Source of the DNA: Hypanus sabinus
Taxonomy: Eukaryota
Reading direction: 5' to 3'
DNA: 33,345 nucleotides
Assembly: GCF_030144855.1 (NCBI RefSeq)
Contig: NC_082734.1
Location: forward strand, 7,130,001-7,163,345
Position 1 is the stretch's first letter. Each line of letters begins with the position of its first letter. A program made the position numbers and the translations under genes. The notes under the pieces are model-generated. The model was given only the letters and a program-made list of their open reading frames with translations, was not told where the DNA came from and ran no database searches. This document shows positions 1 through 11,800 of the stretch, piece after piece.

Positions 1-322
1 TAAATTAGGGGCACGACAGCTTCAGATAATCAGCTTTTCAGTTTCTCTCTCCACAGATGCTGCTTGACTTGCTGGGTATACCCAACATTCTCTTTATTTG
101 AGTTTACAGCAGTTGCTGTGTTCTACAGCTCAAAGATCCTTTTTCTCATTTCCATTATTTTACATGATTTATGTGCTTCCAAACAACTAAACTGAAGACT
201 CTCAGCATGACTAATTCCAAGGTCAATCAACTTATATTTGGTCTCAGCTCAATAACCAACAGTCCCTCTGCTCTCTGCCCTACCTATTTCTCCAATTTAA
301 AACTTCCCTTGATTTCCAGCTA

Positions 323-1323
323 CGGTGGATTCCAGCTAATTGCGCCATCAGTTAATCAGGACAGCCACTTATTTGGGACAACTCTTAAAGAACAAAAACT
401 AATCAAGAAAATAGCCAGGATTCCCTTCATTTATTTGGGACACTATGCTGTTTAATTGGGGCTGGAGACTTGCTTAACAGTTCCTAACTAGCATCAGTCA
501 AGTGCACTTGTGTAGCTGTTAGATGCTACATCTTGCTTAGAATTTTTAAATACTAGTGCACACAAAATGCTGGAGGAACTCAGCAGGGCAGGCAGAATCT
601 ATACAGGACAGATGAAGGGTCTCAGCCCAAAACATCAACTATACTCTTTTCCCTAGATGCTGCCTGGCCGGCATTTTTTGTGTGTTGCTTGGATTTACAG
701 CATCTGCAAATTTTCTCTTTTTAGTTTTTAAATAGCATCAGTTATGTGAGCTTGTGTTCAAAAAGCAGTCATTTTTTTCACTGATAGTTGGCAAGAAATA
801 GGAAGCAAGGCAATTTAGAACGCTTGTTTACTATGATTTCACAGCATTCTGGATTGAAGATGCCAGAAACAAGCCAGAAGTGAAAATGAACTGATTTCAC
901 CACTTCAACAAGTTAGAAACTACAAAGAATATGAAGTTATTAACAATCATCTCGAATGTTACATTGAAAATGAAGATTTGGAGGATGCAGTCATCAATAG
1001 TTTTGCATAAAGGCAGTCAGTTATCTACACTAGGTGTCTGCACTGGTTTTGTTCATTTGCAGTCAATTAGAAGAACATGCCAGTACACCTTGAATACCTC
1101 TGTCATACCTATCAGGAACTAATACACGGTTTTATAGTACTATCATAGTATTGATAGTGTTCTGTATTTCGTTTAAATACAGAATTTGTTACTCAGTTTA
1201 CAACAGTTTGTCTTTTTGATATCTTTTTAACTATTTCCATGAAATTTAGGCTAATTAGGACAGCTGCTGTATTGGGCCAAAATGTATTGGTCCTGATGTG
1301 TCCCAATTAACCAGAATCCACTG
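323..1323. mobile_element. Non-autonomous Tc1/mariner-superfamily (pogo/Tigger-like) DNA transposon
   Basis: TA|cggtggattccagctaattgcgcca ... tgtcccaattaaccagaatccactg|TA: imperfect 25-bp TIRs (19/25) flanked by TA. Confidence 0.7.
553..724. mobile_element. Penelope-derived fold-back cassette with decayed hammerhead core, nested in the DNA transposon
   Basis: 10-bp TSD TTTTTAAATA (543-552 / 725-734); inverted arms around caGATGAagggtctcagcccAAAAcatc. Confidence 0.7.
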
Positions 1324-1574
1324 TATTATGATAAGTCAATGATTTGAAATGTTAACTATATTTCTCTCTTCCTGGATGCTGGCCTTTTCTCTTTTTATTT
1401 CACCTTAATGCCTTTTACAGTATTGGTATTTATTTGGCTTTTTGATTATAGTGGGTATGTTTTTTATTATTGGAGGTATTATGTGTATGTTTAAAGCTGC
1501 TTTACTTTTTAAAAATCAATTTTAAATTATGACTTTTAATGTGGGTTTGACTGTGATTTACATTGTTTTGATGG

Positions 1575-2260
1575 TGTTGAGGAGGCATTCAGGAGTCAGA
1601 GAGATCAGCCGAATGAGTGGTGTTGCACTCTTGCACTAAACATCCATAAGACCTAGGAACTGACTGTGGACTTCAGAAAGGAGAAGGCGAAGGAACATGC
1701 ACGAGTCCTCATCAAGGGATCAGCAGTGAAAAGGGTAAGCAGTTTCAAGTTCCTGGGTGTCAACATCGCTGAAGTTCTAACCAGGACCCAACATACTAAC
1801 GAAGGCACGGCAGTGTCTGTATTTCATTAGGAGTTTGAGGAGAGTTGGTATGTCACCAAGAACTCTTGCAAATTTCTACAGATGTACCGTGGAGAGCGTA
1901 CTAACTGGTAGCATCGCCGTCTGGTATGGAAGGGTCACTGTACAGGATTGGAAAAAGTTGCAATGTCAGCCAGCTCCGTGATGGCACCAAGGATATCCTT
2001 AAAAAGTAATGTCTCAAAAAGGCTGCATCCATCATTGAGAACTTGCCCCCCCCCCACACACCCCTCTTCTCTTTGCCATTGGAGGAATTACAGGAGTCTG
2101 AAGCCACACACTCAATATTTTTGGAACAGGTTCTTTTTGCATTACCTATTATATATATATAAAAATGTACTTTCTGTAATTTATAATTTTTTGTAAGGTA
2201 CTGCACTGTAGTGCTACAGATTTCACAATGTATGCCAGTGATATTAAACCTGATTCCAAT
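1575..2260 (+). mobile_element. Rex1/Babar-type LINE 3' fragment (decayed RT C-terminus and tail)
   Basis: Broken translation ELTVDFRK...VSSFKFLGVNI...LYFIRSLRRVGMSPRTLANFYRCTVES; tail aaacctgattcc. Confidence 0.7.
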
Positions 2261-2569
2261 TCTAATATATAATAAATCAATTTATATACATTGTAAGTAC
2301 ATTTGTACATATATAATTATTTGTAATATATAAATTACGCGTCATAATTTATAAATTATGTATAATACTGAGGGATAATTTGGACCTTTGTGGATTCATT
2401 TTGGTTGAAGGATCAACATTAAACAAGAAACAGAGGTGAACCTCAGAGTTCAGTGCAATATTGTCATTGGAGCTTTTTCCAATTGGAAGGTATCAAACAT
2501 CGGAAAAATAAAAGTAGAATTGTGGTAAAGATTATTTTTTTCTAAAATTCTTCTCAGCTCTATTGAGGA

Positions 2570-2890
2570 CTTCGGTTGCCCTTTTTAGCGGCGGAACTGT
2601 TGTTGGTGTCGGAGTGCCGTGGGGGGACGTAGTTCGCGAAGCACCAACTTGCCGGTTATTCATCGTGTGTTTCTGCTGAAAATTTAGCTGTAAAGAAATA
2701 GCGGAGGAAACCTACAAGCGCCAAGATGTCGGGGTTTGTGGATGAGTACACGACAGATGTGAGTATGTAGCGAATGCCTGTTTGTTTCTGAAGGTCTGGT
2801 TCAGGTTCAGTGTTTCCCCACAGAGAGCACGAGGTCTGCGGCCTAAGAGGCGAGCGATCCGGTTGATCTACAAAACTAAATTCTTCGCAT
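2570..2890 (+). promoter_or_regulatory. EIF3L CpG-rich promoter and 5'UTR with TCT/5'TOP-like initiator (cc|CTTTTT, C at 2581)
   Basis: Local CpG enrichment in CpG-depleted DNA; match to YC(+1)TYTYY; no ATG between 2581 and the start codon. Confidence 0.65.
2726..2758 (+). CDS. EIF3L: EIF3L coding exon 1 ([11 protein letters not shown])
   Basis: ccaagATGt start context; donor GAT|gtgagt; phase 0 joins exon 2. Confidence 0.88.
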
Positions 2891-5800
2891 TAATGTTTGA
2901 AACGTTCCTTTACTTATATCCTTCCTTGGAAGAAGATATATAGAAAAACCCTGAGACGTGTAGGTTCTTCAACAGGTGAAGCTGAAATGATGAAAGGTAC
3001 AATATTAAAACCTTCAACTAAATATTTTAAATACAGTAGTACCAATCCTTTACCATTGGGATAATGACATCCACTGTGCAGCTTCTTTCCTCACCCAGTT
3101 TATAGTCCAGCTCAGCTATTGTTCGCTCTTCTGTCTTCTGAGACAATGAGCATAATGTCCTTGATAAATGTTGCATTGCAATTCATAATAGCGAGTTCTA
3201 GATAACACTGGACAACATTTTTTTCGAAAGTTTGGCTTCCTCAGAATTTTTTTTGTTTATGATAGACTTCTTGTATCTGAACACAAATATAATTCTTGTA
3301 TCATGTAGGAATTTGGAGAAACAAGAAGTTAACTTTTATTGAATATAAATAACTTTGCAATAACTCAACCAAGCCAAAAATGTCTTGTAGATAATTTTGT
3401 TTGTACTCAGTATCTGAGGCTTCTTGCTTAAGTGTCTAACAATAATCAGCTAGCATTGATGGATTCCAGTTGCCCTGATACAGTTTCTCCATGACCAGAA
3501 AGTCCTGGTGAAACTTTTCACCGTGCTCGTCGCTGACAGCGCCAAGATTTGCAGGGAAGAAGTCTAAATGGGAATGCAGAAAATGAATCTTTAGTGACAT
3601 GTTGCACTTCATGGTTTTGTATGCTTGAAGCACCTTGTCAACCAGCTGCACATAGTTTGGTGCTCTGTAGTTGCCAAGAATATTTTCAACAACATCCTTG
3701 AATGCCTTCTTTGCGATTTTCTCCAGATCCACTAGAAGTTCTTCCAATTGCCTGTCATTGATGACCTATTTGATTTGTGGCCTTCCTTAATCTTGGCATT
3801 CTGACTTGAATTATGAATTAAAATAACAAATATAGGCAATTTCAAATACAATGGTGTGTGGAAGGGAAATTTCAGGATAATTTTCATGATCAGGGGCCCA
3901 AAGTCCATGAGGTACACCCAGAGGTATTCAGGAAACAAAATCTTAGTTGTCCTGCATAATTAAGACTCATTAGGACCAGTACATTTTAGTCCAATTAAAC
4001 AGCAATCGCCTATTTTGCCAGACAACACAATAGCAACCAACAATTTACAAGGCATTAGTGTAAATGGCCATGAACAATCAGAATCAGGTTTAATATCACT
4101 GGCATATGTCATGAAATTTGTTGATCAACAATTAGCAGAATGGTCACCTGCAAATGTCAACAATCAAACTTAAATGTGAACATTTGAACAGACTCAATAA
4201 TCCACAGAACAAGGAGATCAGGAAAGACCATTTAACGGATGTTGTGCAGGGACAGGGTATTACATCTGAGTGAGTTTTGTTGAGAAGCTGGATAGCGACA
4301 GGAAAGAAGCTTCAAAGATGACGTGTAATGCTGGTGATGATAGACTTGCAGCGTATCCCTGATGGCAGTTTGGTGAATCGGTGACCTCTAGGGTGGGTGG
4401 AGTCAGCAGAAATTTTTCCGGCTCTTTTCTTCGCTGTGACTATGAACAGGTCTTTTACTGTCGGTCGCTGACAGCCAATGATCTTCTCTGTTGAGTGGGC
4501 TGCTCACTGCAACCTGGACTAGGAGAGGGAAGAGTTGGCGGGAAACCAAACAGTGATAGAGGTGGTCACAACACTCATCAGGCAAGATTAAATTAATCAG
4601 GATATGTCCTGAACTGGCATAGGAAGAACAGCCTCAACTGGGATTTCATTGTACTGTTTTGGTAATGATAGTCCCCAAGAATTTGAATAGCTCAGCCACA
4701 TACACAGCCTGATCCTTAATTTCCAGGGGTGGTGCTGGTAGGGGGTTGTCAGTGGAAGTCAATCCGTATTTCCACTCTCTTGATAACATTAAGCTCCAAT
4801 ATGATATGAGCACACCATGTTGCAAGATGCATCTTTTGATGTATATCATATTGGTCTTGAGACCAATACAGTCATGTCAACTGCAGACTTTAGGATATAA
4901 ATGGATTTGTCTGGAAGTACAGTCATTTGTATAAAGTATGAACAGGAGGGGTGAAAGAACACATCCTTGGGGAAAGCCTTTGCTTATAGAAATTGGATCA
5001 GACAAGCAGGAGCCCAGCCTTACATACGCCTTCCTTTCTTTTGGCCCTTCGAGCCGTGAAACCCAGCAACCACCCAATCTGACGAAGGGTCTCGGCCGGA
5101 AACGTCGACAGTGCTTCTCCTTATAGATGCTGCCTGGCCTGCTGTGTTCCACCAGCATTATGTGTGTGTTGTTTGAACCACCCAACAAGCCCAATTTAAC
5201 CTTAACCCAATCGTGGGACAATTTACAAAGACCAGTTAACCTACCAGGTACATCTTTGGGCTGTGGGAGGAAACTGGAACACCTGGGGAAAACCCACGCA
5301 TTCCACAGGGAGGATGTACAGAGACTGCTTACAGAGGGCACTGGGACTGAACTCCAAGCTCCGATTCCCTGAACTGTTAGAGGATATTTCTACTGTGCTG
5401 CCCCAGAAATTTTTGGCAAGTCTAGCAATTGTTGCCCATTTCCAGACTCGATGGGCCAAACGGCCTAATTCTGCTCCTCTGTCTATGGTTTTGTGTCATT
5501 TGAAGGGTAATTTGTTGGACTGTATCATCATTGAATGTCACATTACTATGTCTGGAGTCTTATACAGACCAAAGAAGGTGGCAAATTTATTCCTCTTTTA
5601 AACAAAGCTAGTTCTGTGCTCTTTAACCACAAGTCTGGGTTTGCTTTATTAACCATGCTTATATTTGCTAGTAGGCATTGTGGAACTGGAATTATGTTAC
5701 CAGATAATAGTTTAAACTAGATTAGTACTCCACTAAACCATGATCTGTACTCCGTGTGCATGCTCAGTAGAGCACTGAACTTTGAATTCTGAAACAAACT

Positions 5801-8800
5801 TTACACAGCTACAAAGTATGTCACCATATACAAAACTGAGATTAGTTTTCTTGTGGCCATTCACAGTAAATCCAAGAAACACAGTAGAATCAATAAATGA
5901 CAGCACCCTACAGAATGAACAATGTGCAAAAGACAACAAAGTATGCAAATAAAAATAAGCAATAATTATTGAGAACATGAGATAAAGAGCCCTTGAAAGT
6001 GAGTCCATGGGTTGTGGGAACAGTGGGAGGAGTGAAGTTACCCCTCTGGTGCAAGAGCCTGATGGTTGAGGGGTAATAACTGTCCCTAACCCTGGTGGTG
6101 TGGGACCTGAGGCTTCTTTCTGATGGCAACAGCAAGAAGAGTGCTAATCGGGAGACCACTTTAAATAAACACGGTACACAGAAAACCATCCCAGTCAAAG
6201 TATACTTAACAAGATTAAAACACAAGGGCTTAAACAATAGATAAGAAAACAATTAACATACAGGTGCACAGGCCTGCATGAATCATCACCATCATTTCTG
6301 ACTCTGAATTTACATCCTATTAGTAAACAGTGTTTGTCGCACATATGTACTGCTGCAGCCGTTCAGCATGTTAAATTTACATCAGCAATGATCTCAGCAA
6401 GCTCATCTATGTATTTATCTGCTGCTTCGTGCTGCAGACGCTTTATCACCACAAATCCTTCAAAATTTAATGCAGTCTTTTAAAATTTCTGAAACTAGCC
6501 TGCTGAATTTTCATAATTACCTTCAATTTTCAGTTTGTTATAATATATATCTTGTTTCATGATCAGCTTATACTATTAAGTAGCATAGGTTCACTCTAAC
6601 ACTGACGAATTCAATACCCAATCAAGATCTACAGTTATTACTTTATGCAGTGTTTTTCTATTTATCATTCACTCCCGTTCATTACATATGTGAGGTTATT
6701 TCTCAGACCTGTCTGTCATGTACTGAGACCTGCGCAACGCCCTGGGAACCTTCCCAACAACTTGTGGAATTTTCCATTTGTGATTCATGTCAGCGCTCAA
6801 AAAATTTCATATTTTAGATGAGTGGTAGTGGTTATTCAGTGACAGTGATATCATTGAACGTCATGAAGCATCAGTGATAAATATCTATGTAACACAAATA
6901 TTACTTATAATCCAAAGCCTGACAATTGTTCAGAATAATGAATGTTAAGCAACATTAGCCAAACTAGCCTGTTACCACCGGTCACTGCGTAATGATATTT
7001 ATTCCTAAGAATGCTTCTCTGCACAATTCTGTCTAGCCATATTTTGGTGCTGAGCATACTGTAATTTGTCACTTAATATTTTGTAGGTATAGAATTGTTT
7101 GTAGGATGAGTTGTTTGTACAATTTTTTTTGTTGTGTGAATGACTGAAATCTGAATGCTTCATGGACGAGTTTGTATTGTACCCTGCAATCTCAATGTGT
7201 TTTTGAGTTCACAGCACTTATATTGTTTTCACTTTTGTTCGCAGTACGATCCGTATGCCTACAATGTGGACTACGACCTTCATACTGGTAAATCCTTATT
7301 GAATTTTTTTTTACTGTTAAGTGCCGTCAAGCTGCTTTGAGCTGAGGAAAAGAGTTGAGCAGAACTGAGCCCTTTGTGAGGTGGCTGAGTTTGACCATGA
7401 GTGCAGCAGTTTGTTCTACAAAGAGTGTGGCTACGACAGCTTGCCCGTCTGAGGAGTGTTTGGGGAAGCCTGCCTGAGCCTGATCAATAAGGCCATAAGA
7501 TAAAGGAGCAATATTAGGCCAGTCAGCCCACTGAGTTTCTCACCCATTCCATCTCATTCTCCTGCCTTCTTTTCACAACCTTTGATACCCTTGCTAATCA
7601 AGAACCTATTAACCTCCACTTTAAATATACCCGATGACCGACTCCAAAGCCGTCTGTGGCAGTGAATCTGACAGATTCATTCACCTCCTTCTGGCTAAAG
7701 AAATTCCTTCTCATCTCTGTTCTAAAGGGGCATGCTTCAATTCTGAGGCTATGCCCTCTGGTCCTCTCTTGGAAACATTCTCACTGTGTCTGTTCTGTCT
7801 TGGCCTATTCATGAAACCACTGGACCGACTGCTCGCACTAAGTAGTCTGTGTAGTTCCCCAGGCAGAGCCATTCACTGGGGAATGGAGCAGAGAGCCCAG
7901 TACAAGAACTACTTGTGGCCTTGGATAGCTCTTTAAAAAAATCTGTGTCTTCATTGGGTCTCTCTACTCCTCTTTCTCAGGATCAGCATAAACTGCTGTC
8001 CCTGTGTTTTTTTAAAGTGGTAAATCTGTCATGCGCTGCTGATTAATCACCCTACCATGGAATTTAAAGTAGATTGTAGGCATTTTTGAGCATTTCATTG
8101 TGGTGAGCGAAGAGAACACTAACCATATGAATAACAGTGCATGCATTCTGATTGAAAGAAAAGCTGTTGCTCATCCTGGCTGCCCTAGAATATTATTTTG
8201 GGTCCTTTATCCATAGAAAGGATGTGCTGGTGTTGGACAGGGTCCAGAGGAGGTTCATGAGAATGATCCTGCAAACGAAAGGGTTAATAATGAGCGTTTG
8301 ATGGCTGTGGGCCTGTGCTTGCTGGAGCTCAGAACAGTGGGGGGAGGGGTGGGTCTCATTAAAACCTATCAAATATTGAAAGGCCTATATAAAGCGGATG
8401 TGGGGAGGATGCTTTCAATGGTAGGGGCATCTAGGATTAGAGGGTACGGCCTCAGAATAGAAAGATGCCGCTTTAGAGAGATATGAGGAGGAACTATTTT
8501 ACCCAGAGGAAGGTGAATCTGTGGAGGCCAGTATTTAAGTCAGAAATTGATATATTCTTAATTAGTGAGGGTGTCAAATGTTTCAGGGAGTGGGTAGAAG
8601 AATGGGAGTGAGAGGGATAATAAATCAGCCATGATGGAATGGTAGATCAGACTCAAAGGACCAAATGGCCTAATTCTGCTCCTATATCTTACGGTCTTAT
8701 GCTCTTATTACCAAAATGACAATGAAGTTGGTTAGTAGAGCTTTTAATCTTGATATGCTCGCCTGTGAGAATTTTTTTTAAATCCTAGATTATATAAAAG

Positions 8801-11800
8801 CTCAGAGCTCAGTTTGAGGAAAATAAACTTATTGTGATTTAAGAACTGGAAAACGCTTGAAATGAGATCTTTGTTGAGTAGGTTGTAACTTGTGTGTCCA
8901 TTTGGAGGTTACCTCTGGCTCAGTACTGAACCGTATCATCCAGTGTGAATTTCCAAAGTTTAGTGTAACGCTCAGCTATATCGGTTTGTACGTATCTAGG
9001 GGAGACCCTGTACCCCGCCCAACCTTGTCTCACAGTTGCGTCGGTTGCTGTGCAATGCCAACTGATCAGCCAGCACACAATGTACATTTTACAAATTATA
9101 CTTCATAAATCTACTTGGACCATGACATTAATAAAGATACAATACAAAAAGGAATGAATGGAGACAAAAAAAAAGGTGCCAGACTTATCAAAGTTCAGTT
9201 TCTTTGTGCACATACAGTTGGAGCTCAGGACCACCTGAAGTGATCGACCAGAGCACTCCCAGCACGTCTGTCTTCCTCTCATCTCCCCACCAACTCCCCA
9301 AAAGCCCACGAAACACTAGCTTACAGACCCACTTGGTCTGTAATATCTATCCCAATTGGTTAACAAATGAATACAATTCTCGTTATCAGTAATTATAACC
9401 CAAACAAGCTGCGAGGGAACGCACTCTCTCACCAGTTAACGTAACAAAGAAGCCATTTTGATTAACGTATACAGTAGCATAAAGAAGAAACCCCTTACAT
9501 TAGTATTTAGTATTTTACATTAACTAGTTAGTTTTAGCACTGGAGAGGTTGGAAGAAAGAGATTTCAGTTACACTGTTTACTGCAACTATGGATAACAAA
9601 TGTAGTTGACCTAGTGCGAGATGAGGAACTGCTGTATGCTTCTTCTTCCAGAAACATGGCTCCAGGCTAACTGCCCATGCACCATCAATCTTCAGGCCTT
9701 GTTACTCAGGGATTTGTGCTAATATTATTTTGTGACTGTATTGTGCTGCTGTGTGTGGGGGTCAGGCAGCATTTGAGCGTCAGCATTTTGGATTGAGCCC
9801 TTTCATCTGGACTGAACAAGTAGAGGGTTGTTGAAGAGGGGTAGGACAACACACGGTCATATTGCTGCTGTTTCACATTTTACTCAACTGCCAGTTTTAT
9901 TATAATAATGCCAGTAACATTATACTGCCCTACATGCACCCTACACTTTATAGCAAACTGTTAATCTTCAGGCAGTGCCACTCAGGGACTAGTCTTAATA
10001 TTATTTTGTGACTGTGTATAGTGGATATCTGCTGTGTGTGACTATATGCACTGTGTTTTGCAAATTGGTCCTAAAGGAACAATGTTTCATTTAGCTGTAT
10101 ACATGTGCAAGGTTGAATCACAGTTGAATTTGAACAATCTTCAACTAGCCAGAGAGTGGTGAATCTGTGGAATTCATTGCCACAGGCAGCTGTGCAGGTC
10201 AAGTCTTTCTGTACGTTTAAGGCAGAAGTTAGTAGATTTGTGATTGGTCAGGACATGAAGGGATACAGGAAGATGGCAGGAGATAGGGACTAAGGGAAAA
10301 TGGATCAGCTGTGATGAAATAGGAGAGCAGACACAATGGGCCAAATGGCCTGATTCTGCTCCTATATTTATGGTCTTGTAGTTCATTTTCAAGTATTTTA
10401 AAAGTATTCTACATGTGTTCTCAGGAGATCCCAAGCAGGACCTTGCTTACGAGCGACAGTATGAACAGCAAACATACCACGTGATCCCTGAAGTAATTAA
10501 AAATTTTATCCAATATTTCCACAAAACTGTCACGGACCTGATTGATCAGAAGGTCTACGAACTACAGTCCAACCGCGTGTCCAGTGACATGATTGAACAG
10601 AAGCTTTATGAGATTCAGGATATCTATGAAAACAGGTACAAATATTAAAAAGCACACATTTATATGCTTGTATGTCAGTAATGTAGAAGAAGCAGTTAAT
10701 GTTTTAGATTAATTTATTTTAAAGAAGAATAATTCTATATGTTTATTAATTCCCCTATTACGCTTCCTCAGCTGGAATAAACTGACTGAGAGATTCTTCA
10801 AAAACTCTCCCTGGCCAGAAGCAGAAGCTATTGCCTCCATATGTCGAAATGGTAGGATTTCAGTTTTCAAATTAGTATTACTTGATAAAATACTCCTGTA
10901 AAATGTAGTCTAACCTTGCATAATGTGTCCTAGCTGATACTGTTAAAATCTACTTGGTATGCATATTTTCTGTTTTAATCTGTTGAATGTTTGCCATTGT
11001 GTGGATGTCTTCAGGGAATCTCAGAAATTTTTCCCCAAATTAAACCAGATTCTTTCCTTAGTTTGATCTAATTTGTGCTTTTGAACTGTGCAGCCAGTCA
11101 GAGTGCTCTCCCAAGGTACATCTGTAGAAGTAGGAGGTAACTAGACCTGCCATTCTTGGGAATACATTGAGCTTTTTAATTTAATAATATTGTGGTAGCT
11201 CATTTCTGTGTATGGGGTGTTCATAAGTCAAGCATTTGTAACCCATGAATTGCCTGTAACTTTATTCACATGCTTTATTCTCTGTTCCAGATGCCGTCTT
11301 TCTTATTCTGTACAAGGAGCTCTACTACAGGCATATTTATGCTAAAGTTAGCGTAAGTTGATACTTCAGTTACTTAAACATACAAAATCGCAAGCAGCTT
11401 TTAATTACTCATGTAAATACACAGATTTTCTTTATATTTTTATTTGTGCTCAATAAAACAGCACGGACTTTCGTTCCTGTAAGTTATGACAAACAAAGAC
11501 ACATTTTACTTTAGAGACATGAAACTGCTGTGTGTGACTATAAGTGATTTTTTCTTAATTGAAGTACATATGTCACCATTTACAAACCTGAGACTCATTA
11601 ACCAGAAGACGTACTGAATAAATTTATCGATTAATAACCATAACAGAGTCAATGAAAAACTGTACCAACTTGGGCATTCAACCAGTGTGCAAAGGACAAC
11701 AAATTGTGCAAAGGTAAAAAGAAAGAAATAATAAATAAATAAGCAGTGAATATTAAGAACATGAGATGAAGAGTTCTTGAAAGTAAATCCATAGGTTGTG

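Noticed and set aside
1-2570. Head-to-head neighbour (ANKRD54 in human) upstream of EIF3L
   Set aside because: No recognisable exon on the minus strand; the region is explained by repeats.
3436-3747. ORF pair 3436..3747 and 18041..18394 as a novel duplicated host gene
   Set aside because: Both lie inside TIR/TSD-bounded elements and are truncated transposase C-termini.
6870-7056. C/D snoRNA-like GTGATAA/ATGATAT...CTGA pairs in intron 1
   Set aside because: The C boxes are degenerate and there is no recognisable rRNA/snRNA antisense element.
9670-10045. Direct repeat 9670-9757 / 9924-10045
   Set aside because: Two decayed copies of a LINE-type 3' tail (related reverse copy near 22870-23000), not a functional duplication.
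10422-10427. CAG-GAG tandem acceptors at exons 3 and 9
   Set aside because: GAG is a rarely used distal acceptor and there is no evidence of use.
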